Part shown: piece by piece, positions 17,421-28,158 of the stretch
Numbering within the stretch: the stretch's first letter is position 1
How the letters are laid out: every line of letters begins with the position of its first letter
NCBI GenBank assembly: GCA_965207935.1
Contig: CBDBNM010000002.1
Span: forward strand, 397,692-461,691
Direction: 5' to 3'
DNA: 64,000 bases
Source: Dehalococcoidia bacterium
GTDB taxonomy: Bacteria; Chloroflexota; Dehalococcoidia; Lucifugimonadales; JAGWBF01
The notes under the pieces: generated by a model
What the model was told of the DNA's origin: nothing
The model's input: the letters and a program-made list of their open reading frames with translations, nothing else
Database searches by the model: none
Position numbers and translations under genes: made by a program

Positions 17421-18878
17421 TCAGCCTCGCAGGTTGGGGTGGCGGGCAGCCTTGGCTTCGTCCAGGCGGGTGACCGGGGTGGTGTGGGGAGCGCCGGTCA
17501 CCATCTCCGGGTCCTCTGCAACTTCCCTGTCGATGGCCTTCATCACATCGATGAAAGCATCCAGGGTCTCCTTGCTCTCGGCCTCGGTGGGCTCGATCAT
17601 CAGGGCTTCTTCGACGATGAGGGGGAAGTACATGGTGGGGGAGTGGAACCCGTAGTCCAGCAGCCTCTTGGCGATGTCCAGGCCCTTGACGCCCTTGGCC
17701 CGCTGGTCCTTGGACGAAAGTATGACCTCATGCATGCACCGGCGGTCGTAGGGTAGGTGATAGGTGTCCTTCAGAGCTTCCAGCAGGTAGTTGGCGTTGA
17801 TCACCGCATCGCCGCTGATCTGCTCCAGCCCCGATGCCCCCAAGCTCCTTATGTAGGTGTAGGCCCGCACCAGCACGCCGAAGTTGCCGTGGAACCCACC
17901 TACACGTCCGATGCTATCGGGGGGAGACTCCAGGGAGTACGCATCTGAGCCGTTCTCTCCGTTCTTGACCACGATGGGCGACGGCAGATAGGGCAGCAGG
18001 GTGTCCGAGACGCATACCGGCCCTGCGCCCGGCCCGCCTCCACCGTGGGGGGTGGAGAAGGTCTTGTGAAGGTTGAGGTGGACAACGTCGAACCCCATGT
18101 GCCCCAGCTTGGCGCGACCAAGGAGGGCGTTCATGTTTGCGCCGTCGCCGTACACCAGCCCACCGGCCCGGTGCACCATGTCGCAGAGATCGACGATGTT
18201 GCTGTTGAACAACCCCAGGGTGTTGGGCTGGGTTATCATCACCCCGGCCAGCCTGTCCGATGCCAGCTCGGCCATCCGGTCCAGGTCTATGTTGCCCCTG
18301 TCGTTGGACGGCACGCTGACGACCTCGAAACCGGACATCGCGGCGGAAGCCGGGTTAGTGCCGTGGGCGCTGTCGGGTATGGCCACCACGGTGCGCCCAT
18401 CGTCGCCCCGCTGCTTATGGTATGCCCGGATCATCAGCATGCCGCACAGCTCACCCTGGGCGCCCGCCAGGGGAGCGAGGCTGGTTCCCTTCATGCCGGT
18501 GATCTCCGCCAGGTAACCCTGAAGCATGTACATCAGCTGCAGGCTACCCTGGGCCTGAGCGTCGGTCTGGCGGGGATGGGAAGCTGCGAAGCCGGGCATG
18601 AATGCCATCTCTTCGTTCAGCTTGGGGTTGTACTTCATGGTGCAACTGCCCAAGGGGTAGAAGTTGGTGTCTATGGAGTAGTTCAGGCGGCTCAGGTTGG
18701 TGAAGTAGCGCACCAGCTCCGGTTCGCTGAGCTCAGGAAGGGGCAGGTCGTCCCTGAGCATCTGCTCTGAAAGGAGGGGCTGCTCAGGAACATCCAGGTC
18801 GGGAAGGTTGGCGCCTACCCTGCCCGGAGTGCTCCTTTGCATCAAAGTGCGCCTGTCGAAGGAGGGCAGCGCGCTCAT
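17421..18878 (-). CDS. gcvPB: Glycine dehydrogenase (decarboxylating) subunit 2
   Basis: 485 aa with FYPLGSCTMKYNP and the PLP-Lys context HLNLHKTFSTPHGGGGPG. Confidence 0.92.
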   Translation of the reverse strand: MSALPSFDRRTLMQRSTPGRVGANLPDLDVPEQPLLSEQMLRDDLPLPELSEPELVRYFTNLSRLNYSIDTNFYPLGSCTMKYNPKLNEEMAFMPGFAASHPRQTDAQAQGSLQLMYMLQGYLAEITGMKGTSLAPLAGAQGELCGMLMIRAYHKQRGDDGRTVVAIPDSAHGTNPASAAMSGFEVVSVPSNDRGNIDLDRMAELASDRLAGVMITQPNTLGLFNSNIVDLCDMVHRAGGLVYGDGANMNALLGRAKLGHMGFDVVHLNLHKTFSTPHGGGGPGAGPVCVSDTLLPYLPSPIVVKNGENGSDAYSLESPPDSIGRVGGFHGNFGVLVRAYTYIRSLGASGLEQISGDAVINANYLLEALKDTYHLPYDRRCMHEVILSSKDQRAKGVKGLDIAKRLLDYGFHSPTMYFPLIVEEALMIEPTEAESKETLDAFIDVMKAIDREVAEDPEMVTGAPHTTPVTRLDEAKAARHPNLRG

Positions 18879-18934
18879 CTCGGCTCTTTCCCTGTCAGCG
18901 CAAACGTGCGAATAGTCATCACAGGTACCTCATC

Positions 18935-20248
18935 CTATGCCAGACCTGCCAGGGCTTCTACCAGGCGGTCGATGTCCCCGCGGGTGTTTACTTCGGTTAC
19001 GCAGAGCAACATTCCGTTTTCGACGATGTCCCCGACATCCAGACCGCCTACGATGCCGGCTTCCAACAGCCCGGTGTTTATCTCCGAGGCCGGGCGCGGG
19101 CACCTGACAGTGAACTCCTGGAAGAACTCCCCGCCGTCATGCAAGGAGTAGCCAGGGAGTTGGCCTAGGGCCGAGGCGGCGTAGTGGGCTTTGTGGTAGC
19201 AGAGCTCGGCCATGTGGCGCAGGCCCTGTCTGCCCATGGCCGCCATGTATATGGTTGCTGCCAGGGACATCAGGGCTTGGTTGGTGCATATGTTGCTGGT
19301 GGCCCTCTCCCGCCGGATGTGCTGCTCCCGGGTGCTCAGGGTCAGCACGTAACCGGTGCGTCCCTGGGAGTCGGTGGTCTCCCCGGCGATCCTGCCGGGC
19401 ATCTGTCTCAGGTAGTCCATCTTGCTGGCGAAGAGACCGACGTAGGGCCCGCCGAAGCTGACGGGCAAACCCAGGGCTTGGCCTTCTCCCGTGACGATAT
19501 CGGCGCCATGCTCACCGGGAGGCTTGAGCATTCCCATGGCAAATGGGTCGGCCGACACCACAAACAGCGCCCCCTTGGAGTGGGCTTCCCTCTCCAAGGC
19601 TGCCATATCTTCGATATAGCCCAGGAAGTTGGGGTACTGGACGATGAGGCAGGCCGTATCTTCTGAGCAGGCGCCTTGCCCGGAGTCCAGCACATCTATC
19701 TGAATGCCCTGGGCGCTGACGTAGGTGCTTATCACTTCACGGTAGGTGGGTGAAGTGGAGCCCAGCACCGCCGCCCGACCCCGTCCGGTGATGCGGCAGG
19801 ACATCAGGGCCGCTTCCGCCAGCGCCGAGGCGCCATCGTACATCCCTGCGTCGGAGACCTCCATACCCAGCAGATTGCACACCATGGTCTGGAAGTCGTA
19901 GGTGGCTTGGAGGGTGCCCTGGCTGGCCTCGGGCTGGTAAGGGGTGTAGGCAGTGAGGAACTCTCCCCGGCTGAATAGGGCCCTTACTACGCTGGGGCTG
20001 AAGTGGTTGTAGGCCCCGGCGCCCAGGAAGGAGATGTGCCTGCCGAGATGGTGGTTCTGGGCAGCCATCTCCCCCATCTCCCGGCGAAGATCCAGCTCCG
20101 AAAGGGGAGGGGGGATATCCAGCTTCGGATTGCGATACTCGTCGGGGATGTCGGCAAACAGGTCATCCAGGTCGGAGACCCCGATGGCCTTCAGCATCGC
20201 TGCCCGGTCATCCTCGGTATTGGGTATGTAGTGGCTCCGACCCTTCAA
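18935..20248 (-). CDS. gcvPA: Glycine dehydrogenase (decarboxylating) subunit 1
   Basis: 437 aa with HYIPNTEDDRAAML, FLGAGAY and TAYTPYQPEASQGTLQ. Confidence 0.92.
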   Translation of the reverse strand: MKGRSHYIPNTEDDRAAMLKAIGVSDLDDLFADIPDEYRNPKLDIPPPLSELDLRREMGEMAAQNHHLGRHISFLGAGAYNHFSPSVVRALFSRGEFLTAYTPYQPEASQGTLQATYDFQTMVCNLLGMEVSDAGMYDGASALAEAALMSCRITGRGRAAVLGSTSPTYREVISTYVSAQGIQIDVLDSGQGACSEDTACLIVQYPNFLGYIEDMAALEREAHSKGALFVVSADPFAMGMLKPPGEHGADIVTGEGQALGLPVSFGGPYVGLFASKMDYLRQMPGRIAGETTDSQGRTGYVLTLSTREQHIRRERATSNICTNQALMSLAATIYMAAMGRQGLRHMAELCYHKAHYAASALGQLPGYSLHDGGEFFQEFTVRCPRPASEINTGLLEAGIVGGLDVGDIVENGMLLCVTEVNTRGDIDRLVEALAGLA

Positions 20249-20312
20249 TGGGGTTCCTCCGGCGTGCTTCCTACGATGTGCTCTGGGCGGTCAGGGCTAG
20301 GCTGGGCGGTGA

Positions 20313-20344
20313 GGTTCGCCCTTCGATTTCCCTCAGGACGAACC
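20313..20344. repeat. Short palindromic interspersed repeat (copy 1), related to 31183..31219
   Basis: GGTTCGCCCTTCGATTTCCCTCAGGACGAACC. The core CCTTCGATTTCCCTCAGG(A/G)CGAAC recurs in inverted orientation at 31183..31219, and the outer arms GGTTCG.CC/GG.CGAACC can pair. Confidence 0.7.
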
Positions 20345-20418
20345 GACTATTCCCGAACCCTCTGATGAGCGGAAACGTTTGCTCCCAACATATGTCGCGT
20401 ATGAAGGTGGACAGGCAG

Positions 20419-20808
20419 CTAGCTGGGCAGTTCGCTGAGAAACGCTTCGTACTGCTCTGCCGTCAGCAGTCCGTCCAGCTCCGATGGATCGGATGTTGCA
20501 ACGTGGACAAGCCAGCCCTGACCATAGGGGTCTTCATTGACCAACTCGGGATTGCCCGACAGCTTTTCGTTTACTTCGACGATTTCGCCCGATACCGGTG
20601 AGAAGATATCCGAAACCGCCTTGACCGACTCCACCTCTCCAAGCTTGTCAAACTGGGCCAGCTTGGCGCCGACCTTGGGCAGGTCGAGGTACACCACATC
20701 GCCTAGGTGGTCCTGGGCGAACTCGGTTATGCCCACAACCCCTTTGGAGCTGCCATCCATGAGCACCCACTCATGGTCCTTGGAGTATTTGCGGTCGGTC
20801 GGATTCAT
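20419..20808 (-). CDS. gcvH: Glycine cleavage system H protein (lipoyl carrier)
   Basis: 129 aa with the lipoyl-Lys motif GEVESVKAVSDIFSPVSGEIVEVN. Confidence 0.92.
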   Translation of the reverse strand: MNPTDRKYSKDHEWVLMDGSSKGVVGITEFAQDHLGDVVYLDLPKVGAKLAQFDKLGEVESVKAVSDIFSPVSGEIVEVNEKLSGNPELVNEDPYGQGWLVHVATSDPSELDGLLTAEQYEAFLSELPS

Positions 20809-20828
20809 CCGCCACTCCTTTGTCAGGC

Positions 20829-21929
20829 TCAGGACGATGCTTTCCTAGAGTAGAAGGGCAACGGCGTAACCACGCCATCAGCCATCTGCCCCCGGATATC
20901 TACCTGTATTTGCTGGCCGGGGGTGGAAAAACCTTCCAAAACATAGGCCAAAGCTATATTCCTGTCAAGGGACGGAGATATGCTCCCGCTGGTTATCCTG
21001 CCCACTTCTTCGCCATCGCCGTGGACCCCGTACTCTTCCCTTGGAATCCGCTTGCCTTCGACCACCAAGCCCACCAAACGCCTTTCCGTACCCTCGCCGT
21101 TCTGGCGTCGCAGCACCTCGGCGCCGACGAACTCCTTGTCCAGCTGCACGTAGCGTCCCAAGCCCGCTTCTACGGGGGTCGTGTCGGGAGTGATGTCGTG
21201 CCCGTGCAGGGCCAGCCCCGCCTCCAGCCGGAGAACATCCCTGGAGCCAAGGCCGCAGGGCGAGCCACCCGCTTCCATAAGCGCATCCCAAATGCCGGGA
21301 GCATCTGCCGCATCTACTATGAGTTCGAAGCCGTCTTCGCCGGTGTAGCCGGTCCTCCCTATAAGGGCCGACCTGGATGCGACCTGGCTTTCCGTGCTCC
21401 CGAAGGGCCTGAGATCCGATGGCGTTCCATCGCACAGAGCATCAAGGCTGGAGGCCGCCGCCGGTCCTTGGAAGGCGATCATGGCGGTGGAGAGGGTACG
21501 GTCATCCACTGTGGCATTCGTAAACCGCTCCTGCACCCACCGGTCCAGCCACGCCACCACCTCGTCCCGGTTTCCGGCGTTGCACACAAGCAGGTAGCTT
21601 TCGTCGCCCAGGCGGTAGAAGACGGTGTCGTCGATGATCCCGCCAGCCTCGTTGCAGATCATGGCGTACCGGGCCCGGCCCAGCCTCAGGCTGGCTGCGG
21701 AGGCGGTCACGACCCAGTCCAGCAGGGATGCGGCGTCGCTGCCGGATATGTAGAGCCTGCCCATGTGGGAAACATCGAAGATGCCGGCTCGGGTGCGCAC
21801 CGCCTTCGTCTCATCCAGGATGCCCGAATACTCAAGGGGCATCTCCCAACCGGCGAAGGGCACAATGCGGGCGCCAATCCGAACATGGGTCTGGTAGAGG
21901 GCTGTGCGCTTAAGGTTCTCGGAGCTCAA
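20829..21929 (-). CDS. gcvT: Glycine cleavage system aminomethyltransferase T
   Basis: 366 aa with [25 protein letters not shown] and [11 protein letters not shown]. Confidence 0.92.
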   Translation of the reverse strand: MSSENLKRTALYQTHVRIGARIVPFAGWEMPLEYSGILDETKAVRTRAGIFDVSHMGRLYISGSDAASLLDWVVTASAASLRLGRARYAMICNEAGGIIDDTVFYRLGDESYLLVCNAGNRDEVVAWLDRWVQERFTNATVDDRTLSTAMIAFQGPAAASSLDALCDGTPSDLRPFGSTESQVASRSALIGRTGYTGEDGFELIVDAADAPGIWDALMEAGGSPCGLGSRDVLRLEAGLALHGHDITPDTTPVEAGLGRYVQLDKEFVGAEVLRRQNGEGTERRLVGLVVEGKRIPREEYGVHGDGEEVGRITSGSISPSLDRNIALAYVLEGFSTPGQQIQVDIRGQMADGVVTPLPFYSRKASS

Positions 21930-21984
21930 AGCCGGTACCTCCCGAATCGACCGTCGCCGCTTAGCTTAAACTACCTCAGGGCAA

Positions 21985-23847
21985 CTAACAACCGGCGGCT
22001 TGTGCAGGGCTGTCCTGCTGGTCGGACCCGGCGCCGTTGAGGCCGTAGTTCACCGCGTAAAGGTGGGCGTAGGCCCCATCCCTGGCGAGAAGCTCATCGT
22101 GCTTGCCAACCTCGACGATGCGTCCGTGGTCCATCACCACTATCTTGTCGGCGTTTCGTATAGTCGAAAGGCGGTGGGCGATGATGATCGACGTACGGCC
22201 CACCAGGATGTCCTTTAGGGCATTCTGGATGAGCATCTCGGTGTGGGAGTCGATGTTGGCAGTCGCTTCGTCCAGGATCAGGATGCGGGGGTTGGCCACG
22301 ATGGCCCTGGCGAAGCTGATGAGCTGCCTCTGGCCCACGCTCAGGTTGGAACCCCGTTCGGCCAGTTCGGTATCGTACCCCTGCTCCAGCGCAGATATGA
22401 AGTCATGGGCGCCCACCGCCCGAGCGGCAGCTTCCACCTGCTCGTCGGTGACATCTGCGTGGTTGTACCGGATGTTCTCCTTGACGGTTCCCGACAGCAG
22501 GTAGGGCTCCTGGAGCACCATGCCCATCTTGCCGACGATGGACCGGCGGGTGTAGTCCCTCAGGTCGTGCCCGTCGACCTTTATACTTCCCCCCGTAACG
22601 TCGGCGAACCGGGTCAGCAGAGTGACGAAGGTGCTCTTGCCTGCCCCCGTCGCCCCGACCAGAGCTACGGTCTCGCCAGGGAGGATATGCAGGTCCACAT
22701 CCTTCAGAACATCAATCCCCGGCACGTACTGGAAGCTGACCTTGTCGTAGTTGACCTCGCCCCGGATGTCTTCTGCATCGATGGCACCCTTGGCGTCCAC
22801 CACATCGGGCTTCAGGTCCAGCACTTCAAATATCCTGGCCCCAGCGGCCATCGCCCGCTGAAGGTGGCTGTACTGCATGGTTAGCTGGCGTATAGGTTCG
22901 AAGAAGCGCTGAATGTACATGGTGAAAGCTAGGAGCACACCCCACTCTATGCTTCCCCCCAGCACCAAATATCCGCCCATGACGATGACCGAGCTGATGG
23001 CAAAGCCTGTGAGGGCTTCGACCATGGGACTGAGGCCCCCGGAAAAACGGCTTGCCTGCAGGTTAGCATCCAGGTGCTCCCGGTTCAGCTTCTCGAAATT
23101 GGCCAGGTTCTGCTCCTGCCGGTTCATGCTCTCGACGACGCGTATGCCGGTGATGTTCTGGTTGTATTCTCCGTTCACAATGGCGATGGCCTGCCGGATG
23201 CGGACAAAGGAACGCTTGGCGTACCGCTGCCAGAAGGCCAGGAGGAGGAACAGGACCGGGACCACGCTCAGGCATAGGAGGCCCAGGCGCACGTCGGTGA
23301 CACCCAGCAGCGGGAGAACGACCAGCATGAGGAGGATGACGCCGCCCAAGGTGAGTATTTCCGAAAGGCTTTGGATAATGACGTCCAGGGTTTCCTGGAT
23401 CTGCATGACGTCGCTGGTGCTGCGGGAGATAAGTCTCCCTACTGGAGTCTGGTGGTGGAAGGCGGGAGACAGGGCTTGGATGTGGTCGAACATCTGCGTC
23501 CGCAGGTCGTACAGCACCTTCTGGCTCACCCTGGGTATGAAGATAAAGTGGATGTGGTTGGCGGCGAAGTGGACCAATGCGACAGCAAAGAATGCCCCTG
23601 CCATGATATCCAGGCCGCTCCTGTCCCCTTCAATGATGAACTCGTTGATGGTGAACATGAGCAGCAGGGGGATGGACACGTTGGCTGCCGTGTAGGTCAG
23701 GACGGAAGCAACGGAGATGAACGCCTCAGGTTTGTAGGGCTTGAGGTAGCGCAGCATGCGGACAACGACCTTGTGGTCGTAGGGCGAGCCGAATTCACCT
23801 TCATCGTCGAGGGTGTCCAACGTAGGGGAGCCCGTGTTCCGCATCAT
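21985..23847 (-). CDS. ABC exporter, fused permease/ATPase half-transporter
   Basis: 620 aa with a six-TM N-domain, Walker A GATGAGKST, signature LSVGQRQ and Walker B ILILDEAT. Confidence 0.88.
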   Translation of the reverse strand: MMRNTGSPTLDTLDDEGEFGSPYDHKVVVRMLRYLKPYKPEAFISVASVLTYTAANVSIPLLLMFTINEFIIEGDRSGLDIMAGAFFAVALVHFAANHIHFIFIPRVSQKVLYDLRTQMFDHIQALSPAFHHQTPVGRLISRSTSDVMQIQETLDVIIQSLSEILTLGGVILLMLVVLPLLGVTDVRLGLLCLSVVPVLFLLLAFWQRYAKRSFVRIRQAIAIVNGEYNQNITGIRVVESMNRQEQNLANFEKLNREHLDANLQASRFSGGLSPMVEALTGFAISSVIVMGGYLVLGGSIEWGVLLAFTMYIQRFFEPIRQLTMQYSHLQRAMAAGARIFEVLDLKPDVVDAKGAIDAEDIRGEVNYDKVSFQYVPGIDVLKDVDLHILPGETVALVGATGAGKSTFVTLLTRFADVTGGSIKVDGHDLRDYTRRSIVGKMGMVLQEPYLLSGTVKENIRYNHADVTDEQVEAAARAVGAHDFISALEQGYDTELAERGSNLSVGQRQLISFARAIVANPRILILDEATANIDSHTEMLIQNALKDILVGRTSIIIAHRLSTIRNADKIVVMDHGRIVEVGKHDELLARDGAYAHLYAVNYGLNGAGSDQQDSPAQAAGC

Positions 23848-23866
23848 ATGGACAGACCTGCCTCAC

Positions 23867-25690
23867 TCATCCGGTCACCGCTCCCAAGTCGGCCCGCCGG
23901 GGAGCATCCAGGAGCATCTCTTCCTGGGGGCGGAGCTGAAGCTCGTAAATCTCCCTGTACATGCCGTCGCGGCCCACTAGCTCATCATGGCTGCCCATTT
24001 CGGCGACCTTCCCGTCCTTCAGAACAAGAATCAGGTCCGCCCTGCGAACGGTGCTCAGCCGGTGGGCTATGACGAAGGTGGTCCGGCCGGCCATCACCTC
24101 CTCCATAGCCTTGTGAATCTTCATCTCGGTTTCCACATCCACGCTGGATGTGGAATCGTCCAGGATCAGGATGGGCGGGTCCGTGAGGATGGTGCGGGCA
24201 ATGGAGAGTCTCTGTCTCTGACCGCCGGACAGGGTGACGCCCCTTTCTCCCACCCAGGTATCGTAGCCATCCGGCAGCTCCATTATGTGGTCGTGGAGCT
24301 GGGCGACCTTAGCCGCCTCCACAACCTCCTCGAAGGAGGCCTCGGTGTTCCCGTAGGCGATGTTGTCCCGGATGGTGGCGGTGAACAAGTGAACGTCCTG
24401 CTGGACGATACCCACGTTGCGACGAAGGGACGCAAGGGTGAAGTCCCGTACGTCCACCCCACCCACCGTGATGTTGCCGGAAGTCGCATCGTAGAAGCGC
24501 GGTATGAGGCTGACGATGGTGCTCTTTCCGCTGCCGGGGGACCCCAGCAGGGCAACTACGGAGTTGGCGGAGACCTTCAGGTCCACGTGACTCAGGGCGG
24601 GAGCGCCATGGTCGTAGGCGAAGGACACATCGTCGAAGACCACCTCGCCGGAAACCAGGTCCACTTCCAAAGCATCGGGCTTTTCGGAAACCGGCGATTC
24701 CGCATCCAGCACATCGAAGAGCCTTCGCCCCGAGGCAGATGCCCTGGAATAGACGTTGATGATGAATGGCGTCATCCTTATGGGAAAAGTCAGGAGGTTA
24801 AGGTACAGGACGAACTGGGTGAACTCGGCCGCATCCATATTCCCGCCGATGACCTGCCGACCGCCGAACCACAGCAGCAGCCCCAGGGCGATGGTGAAGC
24901 CGACGGACATCTTGGCGCTCTCGGTGCCTTGAAGCTGCTCCGACTGCAAGAACTCGTGCTGCACTTCCCTGGCCTTCGCCGCATACTTCTTCTTTTCATG
25001 TTCTTCGGCGGCAAAGGCCTTCACTACGTGGATGCCTGTCAGGTTCTCCTGCAGAAGGGTAACCATCTGCCCGGTGACTTCCTGCACCCGCGCCCACATC
25101 CGGCGCATCCGGCCCATCACAACCGACGATCTGATCACCAGAAGGGGAGTCAAGGAGAGGCTGATCAGGGCGAGCCTCCAGTCCATAATCAAGAGAACGC
25201 ACACGATGGCGAAGAGGCGGACCGCAACCTCCGGGGCCCTGATCAGCCCCATCGAGACAAAGCGCCGCACCGTTTCGATGTCGGAAGTCGCCTTGGACAA
25301 TAGGTTGCCGGTGTGCTCCTTGTCGTGAAAGGCAAAGCTCACATTCTGGAGCTTGTCGTAGAAGCGATTGCGCAGATCATAGGCGACCATTTGGGAAAGG
25401 GAGTCCGCGGTGTAGGTGCGAAAAAAATCGAAGAGACCCCGGGAGATGCTGACGAGGCACAACAGCACGGCCATCCAGAAGAGGCCTTCGGGGAAGGCGA
25501 ACAGGATTTCATTGCGGTCAACCGATGTGATGGCGCCGGCGCCGTGCTCATCCACGATCCCTACCCCAACGCCGACGAGACGGACGATGAGCATGGCGAG
25601 GGCAGTTGCGCCAACCAAGCTCACATAGGCAAGGACCAGGCGCACCTTGTGGCGCCACACCATGCCCATGATTCTAAGAGGGACAACCAT
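23867..25690 (-). CDS. ABC exporter, fused permease/ATPase half-transporter (probable heterodimer partner)
   Basis: 607 aa with Walker A GSPGSGKST, signature LSGGQRQ and Walker B ILILDDSTS. It lies immediately upstream of the paralogous gene. Confidence 0.88.
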   Translation of the reverse strand: MVVPLRIMGMVWRHKVRLVLAYVSLVGATALAMLIVRLVGVGVGIVDEHGAGAITSVDRNEILFAFPEGLFWMAVLLCLVSISRGLFDFFRTYTADSLSQMVAYDLRNRFYDKLQNVSFAFHDKEHTGNLLSKATSDIETVRRFVSMGLIRAPEVAVRLFAIVCVLLIMDWRLALISLSLTPLLVIRSSVVMGRMRRMWARVQEVTGQMVTLLQENLTGIHVVKAFAAEEHEKKKYAAKAREVQHEFLQSEQLQGTESAKMSVGFTIALGLLLWFGGRQVIGGNMDAAEFTQFVLYLNLLTFPIRMTPFIINVYSRASASGRRLFDVLDAESPVSEKPDALEVDLVSGEVVFDDVSFAYDHGAPALSHVDLKVSANSVVALLGSPGSGKSTIVSLIPRFYDATSGNITVGGVDVRDFTLASLRRNVGIVQQDVHLFTATIRDNIAYGNTEASFEEVVEAAKVAQLHDHIMELPDGYDTWVGERGVTLSGGQRQRLSIARTILTDPPILILDDSTSSVDVETEMKIHKAMEEVMAGRTTFVIAHRLSTVRRADLILVLKDGKVAEMGSHDELVGRDGMYREIYELQLRPQEEMLLDAPRRADLGAVTG

Positions 25691-25870
25691 CTATACGAGC
25701 ACACACATCCTTGGGGAAAGGCTACAAGGGTTTCGGCCCTAATCCGGAGGACCCGCACCAGCCCCTCATCATCGAGTATCACCCCAGTATCAGTATCATC
25801 ATATTACATCACTTGGGCTAGTACGCCAACCGCGACACCCAAGTTGGAACGATGTACGCGTTGCCTTCAA

Positions 25871-25899
25871 TTGACCCTGCCGCAGTTGTGGCTTAGTAT
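25871..25899 (+). promoter_or_regulatory. Sigma-70-type promoter TTGACC-N17-TAGTAT for the aldehyde dehydrogenase gene
   Basis: -35 TTGACC at 25871..25876, a 17-nt spacer and -10 TAGTAT at 25894..25899. AAGGGAGG RBS sits before the ATG at 25934. Confidence 0.55.
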
Positions 25900-25933
25900 G
25901 AATTCCCAACCATAAAGGGAGGTCCTTAGCCAC

Positions 25934-27343
25934 ATGAAGATGCACATAGCCGGACAATGGGTGGATAAGGCTGCCAAAATGCCCGTCCTCAACCCCTACG
26001 ACGCCGTCGAGATAGACACGGTGCCCAGGGGAGACGCGGGCGATGTGGATTCGGCCATCTCCAGCGCCGTAATAGGGGCCGACATCATGGCTAAGATGCC
26101 CGCCTATGACCGCTACATGATCATCAAAAAGACCGCCGACCTGATCGCCGAGCGGGCCGAAGACCACGCCCGCATACTGAGCATGGAAGAGGGGAAGACC
26201 CTCACCGAAGCCAGGGGCGAGATCGGCAGGGCTGTGCAGACCCTCACCATGTCAGCCGAGGAAGGCAAGCGCATTCATGGCGAGACCATTCCGCTGGATG
26301 CGGCGCCGGGCACGGGCCGGGCCTTCGGTTTCACCATACGAGTGCCCTGTGGGGTGGTGGCGGCCATATGCCCCTTCAACTTCCCCCTGAACCTGGTGTG
26401 CCACAAGGTCGGACCCGCCCTGGCTGCGGGAAACGCTGTGATCATCAAGCCCGCCTCAGACACCCCCCTGTCGGCGCTGAAGCTGACCGAGGTGCTGCTG
26501 GAGGCGGGCCTGCCGCCCGAAGCGGTCCAGTGCGTCACCGGGCCGGGCGGCGAGATAGGCGATGCCCTGAGCACCGACCGGCGGGTGAGGAAGATCTCCT
26601 TCACAGGCAGCAGAGACGTCGGCGAGCGCATCTGCCAGAAGGCCGGTATCAAGAAGGTGACCATGGAACTCGGCTCCAACAGCCCCATGGTCATCATGCC
26701 CGACGCCGACCTGGACAAGGTCGCCCAAGCCACCATCGCCAGCGGCTACTCAAACGCGGGGCAGGTGTGCATCTCCACCCAGCGGGTGCTGGTGGATGCC
26801 AGGGTGTACGGAGAGTACCTGGATGTCCTCAAGCCTCAGGTGGAGCGGATGAACGTGGGGAACCCCCAGGCCCAGGGGACGCAGATGGGGCCAATGATTC
26901 GCGAGTCCGACGCCATACGAGTGGGCGACTGGATTCAGGAGGCGGTGGACTCGGGCGCCAGGGTTGTGGCCGGCGGCGACAGGGAAGGCACCCTGCACGC
27001 TCCTACGGTGGTGGCCGACGTAACTCCCGGTATGCGCATATCCCACGATGAGCTGTTCGGGCCGGCGGTGGCTGTCAGCCACTTCAAGGACATCGACGAA
27101 GCCATCACCATGGCCAACGACACCATATACGGTCTGTCAGCCGGGCTGTTCACCCAGAACCTTGAGTGGGCAATGCGATTTGCCCGGGAGGTGCATTCGG
27201 GCAACCTGATGATCAACTCCAGCCCCCAGTTCAGGGCGGACCTGATGCCCTATGGCGGGTTGAAGGACAGCGGCATGGGAAAGGAAGGCCCCTACTACGC
27301 CGTACAGGAGATGACGGAGCTCAAGATGGTCGCCTTCCACTGA
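25934..27343 (+). CDS. NAD(P)+-dependent aldehyde dehydrogenase family protein
   Basis: 469 aa with FTGS, the catalytic Glu context ELGSNSP and the catalytic Cys context AGQVCISTQRV. Confidence 0.88.
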   Translation: MKMHIAGQWVDKAAKMPVLNPYDAVEIDTVPRGDAGDVDSAISSAVIGADIMAKMPAYDRYMIIKKTADLIAERAEDHARILSMEEGKTLTEARGEIGRAVQTLTMSAEEGKRIHGETIPLDAAPGTGRAFGFTIRVPCGVVAAICPFNFPLNLVCHKVGPALAAGNAVIIKPASDTPLSALKLTEVLLEAGLPPEAVQCVTGPGGEIGDALSTDRRVRKISFTGSRDVGERICQKAGIKKVTMELGSNSPMVIMPDADLDKVAQATIASGYSNAGQVCISTQRVLVDARVYGEYLDVLKPQVERMNVGNPQAQGTQMGPMIRESDAIRVGDWIQEAVDSGARVVAGGDREGTLHAPTVVADVTPGMRISHDELFGPAVAVSHFKDIDEAITMANDTIYGLSAGLFTQNLEWAMRFAREVHSGNLMINSSPQFRADLMPYGGLKDSGMGKEGPYYAVQEMTELKMVAFH

Positions 27344-27375
27344 TCCGGGGGCCGAAAGGTCCCCACAGGGTCAGG

Positions 27376-28140
27376 CTATAGAGGGGCGTATTTGCCCCTC
27401 CTCAGGCGGAAGGGGGCCATGTTCGAAAGTAGGAAGGCCCCCCACTTCAGGACCTGGGACAGGCCCAGCTTGCTTTCTCCCTCGGTGCGTCCGATAAAGG
27501 TGATGGGCACCTCCACCACCTTCAGGCGCTGGCTGAGAGCCAGGAGCATGGACTCTACCTGGAACTCGTAGTGATTGGCCTTGGACCGCTCCACTACCAG
27601 CCGGGCAGCCGTTGAGCTATAGACCCGGTAGTTGGTGGTGGACTCGCGGGGTGTGCCGAGAAGGTAGCGCGTCATCAGGTTCGCCAACCTGCTCTGCACC
27701 CTCCGGCGCCACTCCCAGTCCTTCACCCCGCCTCCTGAGATGTACCTGCTCCCCGTCACAAGATCGGCCTCCTGAGACGTGGCAGTGTCAAGCAGTTCGG
27801 GGAGATCGGCAGGATCATGGGACCCATCCACATCCATGGTGACGATGTAACGGCAGCCCTCTTCCAAGCAAGCCTGCAGGCCGTCGCGGATTGCCGATCC
27901 TAGCCCCCGGACTCCATGGCGGGACAGCAGTGATATTCCGGGATATCTCGCGGCCAGCTCCCGAGCTACGTCGCCTGTGCCGTCAGGGCTGTCATCGTCC
28001 ACAACAAGAGTCCAGACCTCGCCGGGCAGCTCCAGAGCTTGGAGCTTGTCCACCAGGCCCGGCAGGTTCTCGGCCTCGCTATAGGTCGGCAGCACCAGCC
28101 CGATCTCATCCAATGGAACCTCCGCTGATAGCATATTCAC
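27376..28140 (-). CDS. GT2 family polyprenyl-phosphate (dolichol-P-mannose synthase-like) glycosyltransferase
   Basis: LVLPTYSEAENL, VVDDDSPDGTGDVA and DVDGSHDP (DxD region). Confidence 0.8.
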   Translation of the reverse strand: MNMLSAEVPLDEIGLVLPTYSEAENLPGLVDKLQALELPGEVWTLVVDDDSPDGTGDVARELAARYPGISLLSRHGVRGLGSAIRDGLQACLEEGCRYIVTMDVDGSHDPADLPELLDTATSQEADLVTGSRYISGGGVKDWEWRRRVQSRLANLMTRYLLGTPRESTTNYRVYSSTAARLVVERSKANHYEFQVESMLLALSQRLKVVEVPITFIGRTEGESKLGLSQVLKWGAFLLSNMAPFRLRRGKYAPL

Positions 28141-28158
28141 CGGACGATAGGGAAGTCA

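Noticed and set aside
21930-21984. Looked for a glycine riboswitch upstream of gcvT
   Set aside because: Only about 55 nt separate the gcvT start from the upstream ABC gene stop. That is too short for even one glycine aptamer, and no conserved aptamer-like helices were seen.
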